NCBI GenBank assembly: GCA_965237905.1
Contig: OZ250172.1
Coordinates: 1,952,001-2,016,000 of the forward strand
Direction of reading: 5' to 3'
Origin: Nitrospinaceae bacterium
GTDB lineage: Bacteria; Nitrospinota; Nitrospinia; Nitrospinales; Nitrospinaceae
Length of the DNA: 64,000 nucleotides
Position 1 is the stretch's first letter, and each line of letters starts with the position of its first letter. Of the stretch, positions 50,978 through 62,262 are shown piece after piece. Position numbers and translations under genes: made by a program. Below the pieces are notes generated by a model. The model ran no database searches, had not been told where the DNA came from, and saw only the letters and a program-made list of their open reading frames with translations.

Positions 50978-51183
50978 GACAACTCTCCCTGATCAATATG
51001 AAAACCGATACTTCATTTTTACGGAAAAATCCCCTTTTGGCAATCGTTTTCCAGTCGAAATGAGAGAGCAAAAGAATGGTTGGGTATTCCGGGATGAACT
51101 CGGAAAGGGGTCGAAAAAATCGTCCCCACCGGCTCTTTAACAGAAGAGGGGCCGGCAGGGATGCAATGAAGTTGATCTTGAAA

Positions 51184-51600
51184 CTATTTGCTGGCGCAGA
51201 CGGCGGTCACCCCGCATTTGATGTAATGGTTGTTGATGCCAAAAAAATCCTTGGATTTCGGACCATGCCGACCCTCACACACGCAGGCATTTTCAGTCTT
51301 GCTCTTTTTGGCGCCATCCGGTCCCTTCATTTTAAAGGGATCGTCACCGGCTGTGCCCGATTCTGCCCACCACTTTTTACATTGGAAAAGCACGGGATAG
51401 TCATCGTCGCATTCGGCGGCCACAGTAATTTGGCCAGGGTCATCATCGGTTTCCTTGGTGCTGGACTCCCCCTGGGCTGAGAATTCCTTGAGGATCCGGG
51501 GCGCGTTGGGATCAACGGCTTTTCCGCCACAATGAATATTCATAAAGGCAAACAGTGTCAATATTAGAGCAGTGCCGAGACGGGTTGTGGAAATTTTCAC
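51184..51600 (-). CDS. Cys-rich putative lipoprotein
   Basis: Signal-like N-terminus ending at Cys24 (NIHCGG); six further Cys. Confidence 0.6.
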   Translation of the reverse strand: MKISTTRLGTALILTLFAFMNIHCGGKAVDPNAPRILKEFSAQGESSTKETDDDPGQITVAAECDDDYPVLFQCKKWWAESGTAGDDPFKMKGPDGAKKSKTENACVCEGRHGPKSKDFFGINNHYIKCGVTAVCASK

Positions 51601-51731
51601 GGAGTGCCTCCTCGTTGGGTTAAACCGGTGTATATCTCAAGGTACAATAAACTCAATGAGGTAGCAATACATTTACATATAATTTCTATTTATTTGCGGC
51701 GGGTTTTGGCCTTCCCGAAGCCTGATTCAAT

Positions 51732-51769
51732 AAAAAGACCCATCCCCGGTCAGGCCGGGAATGGGTCTT
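51732..51769 (-). terminator. Rho-independent terminator after the VWA gene
   Basis: AAGACCCATCCCCGGT-cag-GCCGGGAATGGGTCTT hairpin with a T-run on the minus strand. Confidence 0.75.
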
Positions 51770-51814
51770 GTGGTTTTGATCTAACCCCTGTTGCCAGATG
51801 GCTAGAGGATCGGA

Positions 51815-53794
51815 TCAGTTCAACTGGGTGATCTGGGGTTCGTCCGACAGGGTGAAGGCTTTGCGCACCAGGTCGACAAACTCCCGCCGATAGGGATCGG
51901 TCCTCTGTTGGGGATCATCCACAATTTTAAGAACTTTGCCGAAGCTGGTGTGGCCCTTGTGCTCGGACTCGCGGAGCATCATGCCGAACGAGGCCACCGC
52001 CGCCGCGAATTTGAAATCGCCGGAGGCCCTGGCAAATTTTTGATGCTTCATGGTAACCGGAAAGGCGATGAGCCGACTCCTGCTCCCTTCCGGCTCCTTG
52101 TAGCGGAGCTTCACCGTTAACAGCTCGTCGGAAAACGCCTCCTCCGACAAAGAAGTTTTGTGAGTGTATTTCAAGGCATCGACATCGCCGCCTTTCTTCG
52201 TCAGGCCCGCCGGGACAATCTCGTACAGAGCGGTCACCGTGTGTCCGGCGCCGATTTCACCCGCATCCTTTTTGTCATCGTTGAAATCCTCTTTGTTCAG
52301 CATACGGTTTTCATAACCGATGAGCCGGTAGGAGGCCACCTTGAGCGGATTGAACTCGATCTGGATTTTCACATCCTTGGCGATCGTCATCATTGTGCCG
52401 CCGATTTGCTCGACCAGCACCTTTTTGGCCTCGCGCAGGGTATCGATGTAGGCATAGTTGCCGTTGCCCTTGTCCGCCAGTTTCTCCAGAGTCGAGTCCT
52501 TGTAATTGCCCATCCCATAACCGAGGACGGTGAGGAACACGTTGCTCTTGGCGTTGGTTTGGATGAGGTCGACCAGCTCGCCCTGATTGGTGGTGCCGAC
52601 GTTGAAGTCGCCATCCGTCGCCAGAATCACCCGGTTAACCCCTCCCTTAATGAAATGCTTCTTCGCCACCTGGTAAGCCAGCCGGATACCCGCACCGCCG
52701 TTGGTCGAGCCGCCTGCTTCCAACCCTTCTATGGCTTCGAGGATGTCAGATTTGCGGTCGCCTGTGGTCGAGGGAAGTGCCAATCCGGAGGCGCCTGCGT
52801 AGACCACCATTGCCACCCGGTCGTTTTCTCCCAGGTTTTCCGCCAGCAGTTTTAATGACTTTTTCACCAGAGTCAGTTTGTTGGCCATTCGCATGGAGCC
52901 GGACACGTCGATCAGAAACACCAGGTTCGAGTCCGGTCGCTGGCTCCAGTCGATGTCCTTACCCTTGATGCCGATACGCACCAGCTGATGATCGGGTTCC
53001 CAGAACGCCTGCGCCGTTTCGACATTGACCGCAAACGGATGCTCGTTTTCATTGGAGAACTCATAATGGTAAGGAAAGTAATTGACCAGCTCTTCGATGC
53101 GCACACTGTCCTTCGGCGGCAGTTGACCGTTATTGATGAAGCGTCTCATGTTGGCGTAGGAAGCGGAATCGACGTCCACCGAGAAGGTCGATAAGGGATG
53201 ATTCAGAACGTTGCGGAAAGTGTTTTCGGTGATGTGATCGTAGGCTTCGGTATTGAACTCGGGCTGGGGACGCGGCGAATGCGCTTTCCAGTACACCATA
53301 CCCCGCTGGAGACGCTTGGCCAGATGGGTCTTTGATTTTTGACGCACGGGCGCACCCATAACAGCACCGATTCCCCGTTCCGTTCCTTGGGGCTGTCCCA
53401 ATCCCGGTTCGATATAAGTGCCGGGAAGGACTTTATCCATATGATAATCGGATTGATAGGTTTTCCCGCTACCCGCATCAATTTTCCAATCGTGTCTGTC
53501 AAAGCGCCTCAAGGGTGGCTTACGCTTCGGAACGCTTTCTTTCGACAATCCCCAGTTTTCCGTTACCGCTTCCGCCCTCGGTTCCGCTTTGCTCGTCACT
53601 TCCATTTCCAACAGCGATAGCTCGTTTAAATCTCGCTCCAGCAGCAGTTGATCGGTTGAAGTATCCTGGGATGATTGTGTAGCAGGCAGGTTTTGTTTTT
53701 GGTCTTGAGGGGCTTGGCTGACTTCCGGTGGCGCGGCATTCTTGGAACATGATGCTACGGCCAACAGAGCCAGTAGTACGAAAAGTTTGCGCAT
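51815..53794 (-). CDS. YfbK-like VWA-domain lipoprotein
   Basis: Lipobox VASC, STFSVDVDSASY, DVSGSM (MIDAS), ATDGDFNVG and DAGEIGAGH. Confidence 0.9.
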   Translation of the reverse strand: MRKLFVLLALLAVASCSKNAAPPEVSQAPQDQKQNLPATQSSQDTSTDQLLLERDLNELSLLEMEVTSKAEPRAEAVTENWGLSKESVPKRKPPLRRFDRHDWKIDAGSGKTYQSDYHMDKVLPGTYIEPGLGQPQGTERGIGAVMGAPVRQKSKTHLAKRLQRGMVYWKAHSPRPQPEFNTEAYDHITENTFRNVLNHPLSTFSVDVDSASYANMRRFINNGQLPPKDSVRIEELVNYFPYHYEFSNENEHPFAVNVETAQAFWEPDHQLVRIGIKGKDIDWSQRPDSNLVFLIDVSGSMRMANKLTLVKKSLKLLAENLGENDRVAMVVYAGASGLALPSTTGDRKSDILEAIEGLEAGGSTNGGAGIRLAYQVAKKHFIKGGVNRVILATDGDFNVGTTNQGELVDLIQTNAKSNVFLTVLGYGMGNYKDSTLEKLADKGNGNYAYIDTLREAKKVLVEQIGGTMMTIAKDVKIQIEFNPLKVASYRLIGYENRMLNKEDFNDDKKDAGEIGAGHTVTALYEIVPAGLTKKGGDVDALKYTHKTSLSEEAFSDELLTVKLRYKEPEGSRSRLIAFPVTMKHQKFARASGDFKFAAAVASFGMMLRESEHKGHTSFGKVLKIVDDPQQRTDPYRREFVDLVRKAFTLSDEPQITQLN

Positions 53795-54011
53795 GGCTTC
53801 CTCCAAAGTGAAGTGGGTGGTTTCTCTATGCGTCCCCCAGACTACCCATAACAATGCTCCAAATGCACCTACAAAATGAAGCCGCTCCGGGCTTCCGTAA
53901 AAAGCGGTAACTGCTTTAATTTGAAGACCGTGCAGGAAAAAGAAAGCTCAAAATGAACGGGGGCAGAATTATTTACTGAGGAAAAACGGGTTTTAAGAAC
54001 GTGGTGAAGAG

Positions 54012-54034
54012 GAAAAAATGGAGTCGACGGGAGG
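54012..54034 (-). repeat. Degenerate copy of the tRNA-Thr 3-prime end (att-like)
   Basis: GAAAAAATGGAGTCGACGGGAGG versus 55344-55366 GAAAGAATGGAGCCGGCGAGAGG, 19/23. Confidence 0.5.
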
Positions 54035-54047
54035 GTCCCCTATGCGG

Positions 54048-54563
54048 TTACCGCTTCGGGGTTTCATCAACAGATTTCTTGGGATGAGCTGTAGGGCTAA
54101 TGAACAACTCATCGGAGGTGTCTTTATGAAAGATTTTGGCAAGAACACTTCCCAGCCACCCCGTCAGTATCAAAAAGCCGCCCCAAACGGTCATATGAAA
54201 ATTCAACTCTCCTCTGGTATTGTGTGCCAAATAGGGGCTGTTGTCGGCAAGAATAAACGCCCACACGATGAGGATGGTAAGAAAGGCTGACAGGACCGCG
54301 AACCTTTTCCCCAGGGAATAGCCTGTGATCAATATCACAATATAGAAAAAATTGAGGGAAGACAGTTTGGGTTCACCGAAGAAGTTGACAGCAGTCAAGC
54401 CGGATAAAATAATTAGAATGACAATATCGTTAAGGTTGTGTCGAAAATAACTTTGTATTCGGTAAACGCCACCCCCTATATCTTCTCCCGAAAAATCGGA
54501 ATCCCTATTATTTCTCGTTGTCTTGGAATCTCTAGTGCTTTTTGTTGCCGGTGGCAAGGCCAT
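54048..54563 (-). CDS. Hypothetical 4-TM membrane protein
   Basis: Four hydrophobic segments (LNFFY...GY.LGKRFAVL). Confidence 0.65.
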   Translation of the reverse strand: MALPPATKSTRDSKTTRNNRDSDFSGEDIGGGVYRIQSYFRHNLNDIVILIILSGLTAVNFFGEPKLSSLNFFYIVILITGYSLGKRFAVLSAFLTILIVWAFILADNSPYLAHNTRGELNFHMTVWGGFLILTGWLGSVLAKIFHKDTSDELFISPTAHPKKSVDETPKR

Positions 54564-54954
54564 ATTGGCTGCTCCTATAATTTACATACCTTATAATTGT
54601 AAAAGTATTGATCCATTTGTCAAGGGCTACGTGCATCATCTTACTCTTGAAAATTAAAGGATTTACGGCCATCTCAAATCCAATGAATGAGCGGATTTTT
54701 ACAACTGATTGATTCTTAGACGGCTATTATCCTGCTGGCGAAGGAGGGAAGTGTGGACTTGGATCCAGCGAAAAAAAGATTTTACTTTCGGAAATCCAAA
54801 TTCTGGAGTGGTTCTAACATTTCCTGATAAAAGGCCGCGAAATCCCTTTTGACGGGACAGGAAGGGAGGCATGTTTGGCTGAAACCGCTGGCTGGAATGC
54901 CAGCCCATGAATGCGACGATGGGTAACACTCTGGACCGGTATTTTTTGGAAAGG

Positions 54955-55212
54955 TCATTTTTCACGAAAAAACCCCGCCACGATCACTACAGCCAACGTA
55001 ATCCCGGAAGCCAGATAAACAAATAACCATATGGTCGGTCTACCCACCGTATCTACGAAGCTTTCACTGCCGTACAGGAACCCCCAATTGAAAACATAAA
55101 CAAAGTTGATCATTAATCCCAATTTGTCTTTTCTGAAAAAGAAGCAAAACGTGCTCAAAAACATACAAGCAATCACTTGTCCGAACGGAATGGAAAATTC
55201 CATAGCACCCAT
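54955..55212 (-). CDS. Hypothetical small membrane protein
   Basis: Three hydrophobic segments; AGGAGGT RBS before ATG at 55212. Confidence 0.6.
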   Translation of the reverse strand: MGAMEFSIPFGQVIACMFLSTFCFFFRKDKLGLMINFVYVFNWGFLYGSESFVDTVGRPTIWLFVYLASGITLAVVIVAGFFREK

Positions 55213-55350
55213 AACCTGGGACCTCCTGTTCAAAGAGTATGCGTTGATTCAGGTTGGTAAGGTGTTTTATTCGCTTTCAACACCTGGATTTTTAAATCAC
55301 CACGATGCGGAATATCTTTTAAGCGGAAATTTTATGACTGACAGAAAGAA

Positions 55351-55426
55351 TGGAGCCGGCGAGAGGAATTGAACCCCCGACCCACTGATTACAAATCAGT
55401 TGCTCTACCAACTGAGCTACGCCGGC
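55351..55426 (-). tRNA. tRNA-Thr (TGT)
   Basis: 76-nt cloverleaf GCCGGCGTAGCTCAGTTGGTAGAGCAACTGATTTGTAATCAG...TTCAATT...CGCCGGCTCCA with encoded CCA. Confidence 0.97.
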
Positions 55427-55644
55427 CTATTTTCAGAAAAAGAAGGTGGCTCGCCATCGACCTGCAAGCGAACCGATTCCCATTATAAATGAAATTCCCT
55501 GGAAAAAAACCGGAGGTTTTCCGTCGGAAGAGACTGGTAATGAAATATCCATTTTTGGAATTTATCGATTATCATGGATAGGTATAATCATAGGCCTACA
55601 AGTATCTGAATAATAGCTCCCTATTTGAATTTTTGAAAAATTGC

Positions 55645-58143
55645 ATGGGTTCCTTTCTGATTCGTCTATACAACCAATGGGTTCTTGAAAAGCCCCGCAT
55701 CTGGCTGGGGATAATTGCCCTTGCCTTGCTGGGGTTCGGGTTCACCGTTCCCAATTTCAAGCTGGATGCCTCGTCCGATTCGCTGGTGCTGGAAAACGAC
55801 GAGGACCTGAAGTATTCCCGCGCAGTCAACAAGGCGTATGGCAGTGACGATTTCCTCGTCATCACCTGGACGCCGAAGACGGCTCTGTTGTCCGATGAAT
55901 CCCTGAATGGCTTGCAAAGCTTGAAAGACGATCTGCTGAAAGTGGACCGCGTCGAAAAAGTGATTAGCATTCTTGACGTACCGCTGTTCAACAGTCCGCG
56001 CATCACGCTTTCCGAATTGAGCGAAAACGTCCGCACCCTCAAAACGGAAGGCCTCGATAAGAAACTGGCCGCCCGCGAATTCGCCGAAAGCCCGATCTAC
56101 AGCAAGCTCCTCGTCAGCGCCGACGGCAAAACCACCGCTCTCCTCGCCGTGTACAAACGCGATGCCAAATATTTCAACCTGCTTGAAACGCGTAACGACC
56201 TACGCGAGAAAAAATGGGATTCGAAATTAACGGAGAAGGAAGCCGTCACTTTGAAGAAAGTTTCCTTCGAGTTCAAGCAATACCTGGCGGAAGTACTGGA
56301 TCGGCAAGCCCGGGAGGTTCAGCAGGTGCGCGATATTCTCGATAAATACCGCGACCGCGCCGACATCTTCCTGGGTGGCGTGCCGATGATCACCAGCGAC
56401 ATGATCGCCTATATCGAAAGCGATCTTTCGATTTTCGGCATCGCAGTGACGGCTCTAATGATTCTCGTCATGTGGCTGTTCTTCCGGAGCAAGCGATGGG
56501 TCCTGCTCCCCATGCTGACTTGCGCCATCTCGGTGTGGATGATGGTCGGCGCGCTCGGCTGGCTGGACTGGCGGGTGACCGTCATTTCCTCCAATTTCGT
56601 TTCCATATTAATCATCATCACCATTTCGCTGACCATTCATCTGATCGTCCGCTACGGCGAGTTGTACGCGGAGAATCCCGACGCCAAACAGACCGACCTG
56701 GTGAGCGACACCGTGCGCCTCATGTTCCAGCCCTGTTTCTTTACGGCAATCACCACCATCGTGGCGTTCTGCTCGCTGGTGGTCAGCGATATCCGCCCGG
56801 TGATCGATTTCGGATGGATCATGACCCTCGGCATTTCCCTGGCGTTTGTGGTTTCCTTTATTTTTTTCCCTTCGTTTTTGAAAATGATGTCGCCGAAACC
56901 CTCGGTCTCCGCCCACGATATCACCAAGCGGATGACCAACGGTATTGCTCTCGTTGCACTCCAGCACAAAAATAAAATCCTCGGCCTGTTCGCAATCCTG
57001 GCGGTGGTCAGCGGCATTGGGTTGAACAAGATGGGCGTCGACAACCGCTTCATAGATTATTTTAAGGACACCACCGAAATCTACCGCGGCATGAGCGTCA
57101 TCGACAAACAATTGGGTGGCACCACGCCGTTGGAGATTCTCATCGACGCCGACCAGAATTTTTATGATTACCTGAAGATGCTGGAAACAGAAATGGATGA
57201 GTTCGAGATCGACGACCCGTTCGCCGAGCATGAGGACACGCAGGATGAAAATTACTGGTTCCATCCCAACAAACTGTTGGAGGTGGAAAAAATTCACGAT
57301 TATCTGGAAAGCCTGCCGGAAATCGGCAAGGTCCTGTCCATGGGAACGACACTCAAGATCGTCCGCTTCCTGAACGGAGACGAGGTGCCGGAGGATTACG
57401 ACCTCGCCGTTTACCGCAAGGTGCTCCCGGAAAACGCGAGGAAGAGTTTTCTCGATCCGTATTTGTCCAAGGATGCCAACCAGGTGCGCATCACCCTGCG
57501 CATTGAGGAGACCGACCCGCGTCTCAACCGCGGTGAGTTGATGGAAAATATCAAACGACACCTGGTCGATAACATGGGCATCGCCGAAGACCGTATCCGC
57601 ATCACCGGTATGGCCGTGATGTTCAATAACATGTTGCTCAGTTTGTACACCTCACAGATACAAACCCTGAGCCTGGTCTTCGTGGCCATTCTCATCATGT
57701 TCATTTTTCTGTTCCGGCGGGTGTTGCTGGCGGTGCTGGCGATTATTCCCAACGTGTTCTCGGCGATGTTTATTCTGGGGTTCATGGGATGGATGGACAT
57801 CCCGCTGGATATGATGACCATCACCATCGCCGCAATTACCATCGGTATCGGCGTCGACGACACCATCCATTACATCCACCGCTACCAGCGTGAGTTCGGC
57901 CTGGACGCCAGCTACCGGGAGAGCCTGATACGCTGTCACGGCAGTATCGGCCGCGCCATTTACTACACGTCGATTACTGTGACTGTTGGATTTTCCATCT
58001 TGACCCTATCGAATTTCATTCCGACCATTTATTTCGGTTTGTTGACGGGTTTGGCAATGATCCTCGCCCTGCTGGGGAATTTGTTTCTACTCCCGCTCCT
58101 GATCGTTCAATTCCGCCCCCTCGGCCCTGAACACAAAAAATAA
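55645..58143 (+). CDS. MMPL/RND family transporter
   Basis: Two 1+5 TM halves with large periplasmic loops; GIGVDDTIH and GGTTPLEI. Confidence 0.9.
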   Translation: MGSFLIRLYNQWVLEKPRIWLGIIALALLGFGFTVPNFKLDASSDSLVLENDEDLKYSRAVNKAYGSDDFLVITWTPKTALLSDESLNGLQSLKDDLLKVDRVEKVISILDVPLFNSPRITLSELSENVRTLKTEGLDKKLAAREFAESPIYSKLLVSADGKTTALLAVYKRDAKYFNLLETRNDLREKKWDSKLTEKEAVTLKKVSFEFKQYLAEVLDRQAREVQQVRDILDKYRDRADIFLGGVPMITSDMIAYIESDLSIFGIAVTALMILVMWLFFRSKRWVLLPMLTCAISVWMMVGALGWLDWRVTVISSNFVSILIIITISLTIHLIVRYGELYAENPDAKQTDLVSDTVRLMFQPCFFTAITTIVAFCSLVVSDIRPVIDFGWIMTLGISLAFVVSFIFFPSFLKMMSPKPSVSAHDITKRMTNGIALVALQHKNKILGLFAILAVVSGIGLNKMGVDNRFIDYFKDTTEIYRGMSVIDKQLGGTTPLEILIDADQNFYDYLKMLETEMDEFEIDDPFAEHEDTQDENYWFHPNKLLEVEKIHDYLESLPEIGKVLSMGTTLKIVRFLNGDEVPEDYDLAVYRKVLPENARKSFLDPYLSKDANQVRITLRIEETDPRLNRGELMENIKRHLVDNMGIAEDRIRITGMAVMFNNMLLSLYTSQIQTLSLVFVAILIMFIFLFRRVLLAVLAIIPNVFSAMFILGFMGWMDIPLDMMTITIAAITIGIGVDDTIHYIHRYQREFGLDASYRESLIRCHGSIGRAIYYTSITVTVGFSILTLSNFIPTIYFGLLTGLAMILALLGNLFLLPLLIVQFRPLGPEHKK

Positions 58144-58150
58144 CCGAATG

Positions 58151-58172
58151 TGTCACCCTGAGCGTGTCGAAG
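58151..58172 (+). repeat. REP-like unit (GTCACCCTGAGC.TGTCGAAG)
   Basis: Resembles ATCTTGAGCCTGCCGAAG at about 1017-1034; lies between convergent genes. Confidence 0.55.
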
Positions 58173-58180
58173 TGCGGTGA

Positions 58181-58872
58181 TTAACCCAAGTGGTAATTTT
58201 TCAATTGTGGGTGTTCTTTTACCAATTGGTTCAGGTGGTTCCAAAACTCCAGGCCGTTGTCGGCGGTGATCAGTTTATCCAGATTCGCCTGCAGGACTTT
58301 CTTAAATGCTTCCTTATGTGCCGGCGGTATTGAAAGCTGGCTTTCAGGCCCTCCAGATACTCTCCCTCTCCGGTAACCATATCCCGTTGAATGTCGGGGA
58401 AGTTGTGCGCGGCAAACCGCATGGACGTCACCCGTTGACGGAACATTTTGAGATCGCCGGTTTTTTCCGGAACCATTTCGATGTGATAATTGGTCGGGGA
58501 GTACTTGATCATGTTTCCGGATAACGCATCCACGGCCATCGGGGTCAAAAAAGTAAAGGTTCCGGTGATGTCCAGAATCATAGCGGTATTGTCGTTAAAT
58601 GTTTTCGCCAGCATCATTTCCTGGGTTTGATAGCCCTCTTTGGTGAATTTGAGTGTTCTGTTTTGAAGCCTTCTGTCGATTGCGAGGGTCAGAGGGGTTT
58701 CTCCGATCTTGCTTCCATCCAAAAAGACTTTCGTTTTATCGACATTGGAATTGAACGTGATCACGTCCTGCCCGTCGGAAAAAATCGTCGCACAACCGCC
58801 CAAGGCCAAGAGAGCCGTTAAACCAAATAACCTAAATATTAGATGAGTGTTCTTGAAATTGCGTTTAAGCAT
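58181..58872 (-). pseudogene. PEGA-domain lipoprotein with a helical (DUF3015-like) C-domain and a 1-nt frameshift
   Basis: Lipobox LGGC, PEGA motif (IGETPL, KEGYQT) and GEGEYL; the reading frame continues in another frame to TAA at 58181. Confidence 0.65.
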
Positions 58873-58936
58873 GAACTTTCTCCTCTCCTAATGATTTTAA
58901 AATCACCCCTATTTTATCTTACTTCCTTCATTTTTC

Positions 58937-59095
58937 CTTCGTGTCCTCCGCGGTGAATTTTTCCTGAAAAATCCTGTTATCCTGTCTAAAATTTCATCTT
59001 ATTATTTTTGTCCTAATCGGTGTCCATCTGTGTCCATCTGTGTTCATCTGTGTTCATCTGTGGTCAATTGGTTTTCTCTGTGTCCTCTGTGGTGA
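58937..59095 (-). repeat. Stack of short tandem repeat families, including 5 units of the GxxExxY-flanking decamer
   Basis: 9-bp family at 59074-59095 and 58937-58956; decamers at 59016-59063; ACAGGAT family at 58971-58986. Confidence 0.88.
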
Positions 59096-60325
59096 TCAGG
59101 TTGCCGGGTCTTTGGGGGCTTTGAATTTTTTGCCGGCAGTGTAGGTGGCATCGACAAAATTTTCGCCGAAGTAATAGAATAGATCGCGGTAGTCGTTCGT
59201 TTTGAGCAGGTTGAAGTCGGCGCGTTGTTTGGGAAGCAGTCCTCCGTAATCCTTTTCCGCGCCCAGTGCTTTCGCGGAACCATAAGTTCCCGCCGCCAGC
59301 GCCTGCTCGGGAGTGAGGCGGTACATCGATGCCGCCAGGGTCAACACGGTTTGCATATTATAGGTCGGCGAGCTTCCAGGATTGCAGTCCGTTGCCAGCG
59401 CCAAGGTCACTCCGGCGTCGAGCATGGAATGGACGAGCGGGTGTTTGTCCCCGCCGAGGAACAGCGTGACGCCCGGCATGAGTACCGCCGTGGTGCCCGC
59501 CGCGCGCATGGCCTGGATATCATTCGGGGTGGCGTATTCGAGATGGTCGCACGACAACGCCCCCAGCTTGGCCGCTTCGGTGCACCCGCCCTGGTGCGAA
59601 AACTCCTCGACGTGCGCGCGCAGGTCGAATCCCAGCAGTTTCGCCTGTAGAAACAGACGCCGCAAGTCCGCGACGGTGAACACGTCTTTTTCGCAGAAGA
59701 TGTCAACGCCGTCCGCCAGGCTCCTGAACCGCGGCAGGTTTTCAATAATTTCCTCCAGATATTCCTCCCGGTCCTCGCCTGTCGGCACGGTGTGCGCGCC
59801 GAGGTAGGTGAGGGTGACCGGTACTTTGAGCGTGGTGCGCAGTTTCCTGCCGACCGTCAGCATTTTCATCTCGGATTTAAAGGTCAGTCCGTAGCCGGAT
59901 TTGATTTCGAACGCCGTGGTGCCGAGGGCCATCATACGCTTCATGCGTTTTTTAGCGGCGTCGAACAATTCTTTTTCCGTCGCGCGGCTCGTGGCCTGCA
60001 CGGTGTTCAGAATACCGCCGCCGTTGCCCAGGATTTCCATGTAGGGGACGCCGCGCATGCGGTCGACCATTTCATCCTTGCGTTCGCCGGCGTAGATGAG
60101 GTGCGTGTGACAATCGACGAAGCCCGGCACCACCGCCCGGCCCTGGCAATCCACCACCTTGGCATAGCTTTTCGAGGATTTGATTTCCGGGTTTTTCAGG
60201 ATTTTGAGGATGCGTCCGTCTTCGACCAGCAGAGCGCAGTTTTTGCGGAGGCGGATGCCCGGTTGGGTGGAGGCGTCAGCCTGCACCAGTTGGCCGATGT
60301 TGCGGAAACAGAGAGTACCGCTCAT
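59096..60325 (-). CDS. hutI: Imidazolonepropionase
   Basis: PGFVDCHTH, EIKSGYGL, DIFCE, DHLEY and ATDCNPGSSP. Confidence 0.96.
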   Translation of the reverse strand: MSGTLCFRNIGQLVQADASTQPGIRLRKNCALLVEDGRILKILKNPEIKSSKSYAKVVDCQGRAVVPGFVDCHTHLIYAGERKDEMVDRMRGVPYMEILGNGGGILNTVQATSRATEKELFDAAKKRMKRMMALGTTAFEIKSGYGLTFKSEMKMLTVGRKLRTTLKVPVTLTYLGAHTVPTGEDREEYLEEIIENLPRFRSLADGVDIFCEKDVFTVADLRRLFLQAKLLGFDLRAHVEEFSHQGGCTEAAKLGALSCDHLEYATPNDIQAMRAAGTTAVLMPGVTLFLGGDKHPLVHSMLDAGVTLALATDCNPGSSPTYNMQTVLTLAASMYRLTPEQALAAGTYGSAKALGAEKDYGGLLPKQRADFNLLKTNDYRDLFYYFGENFVDATYTAGKKFKAPKDPAT

Positions 60326-60429
60326 GAGGTTACCTTTTCAGCTAGGTTTTTCAAGTAGTTGCTAGATTTATCGAGCGGTTTTGAAATTCGCCTCATAAAT
60401 GGAGCAACTACACAGGCTGAAGGAAGAAG

Positions 60430-60508
60430 CCCCCCAGCCCCCTTCGGAGAAGGGGGAGCCAAATCAAAAGCCCGTCACCCTGTGGGTGCTCCCCATGAGG
60501 GGAGAGGG
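60430..60508. repeat. Two C-rich/G-rich REP-like hairpins
   Basis: CCCCCTTC-gga-GAAGGGGG (60438-60456) and CTCCCC-atga-GGGGAG (60489-60504), each preceded by a C-rich leader. Confidence 0.6.
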
Positions 60509-60540
60509 TTTAAAATTACCTGCGGCGGTTCGCCGCCCGG

Positions 60541-62261
<1,721 letters not shown>

Positions 62262-62262
<1 letters not shown>

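Noticed and set aside
59016..59063. Decamer array as a CRISPR array
   Set aside because: The units are contiguous 10-mers without unique spacers, and there are no cas genes in the window.
60341..60410. TAGTTGCT/AGCAACTA inverted match as an IS end
   Set aside because: Only 8 bp and no transposase remnant nearby.
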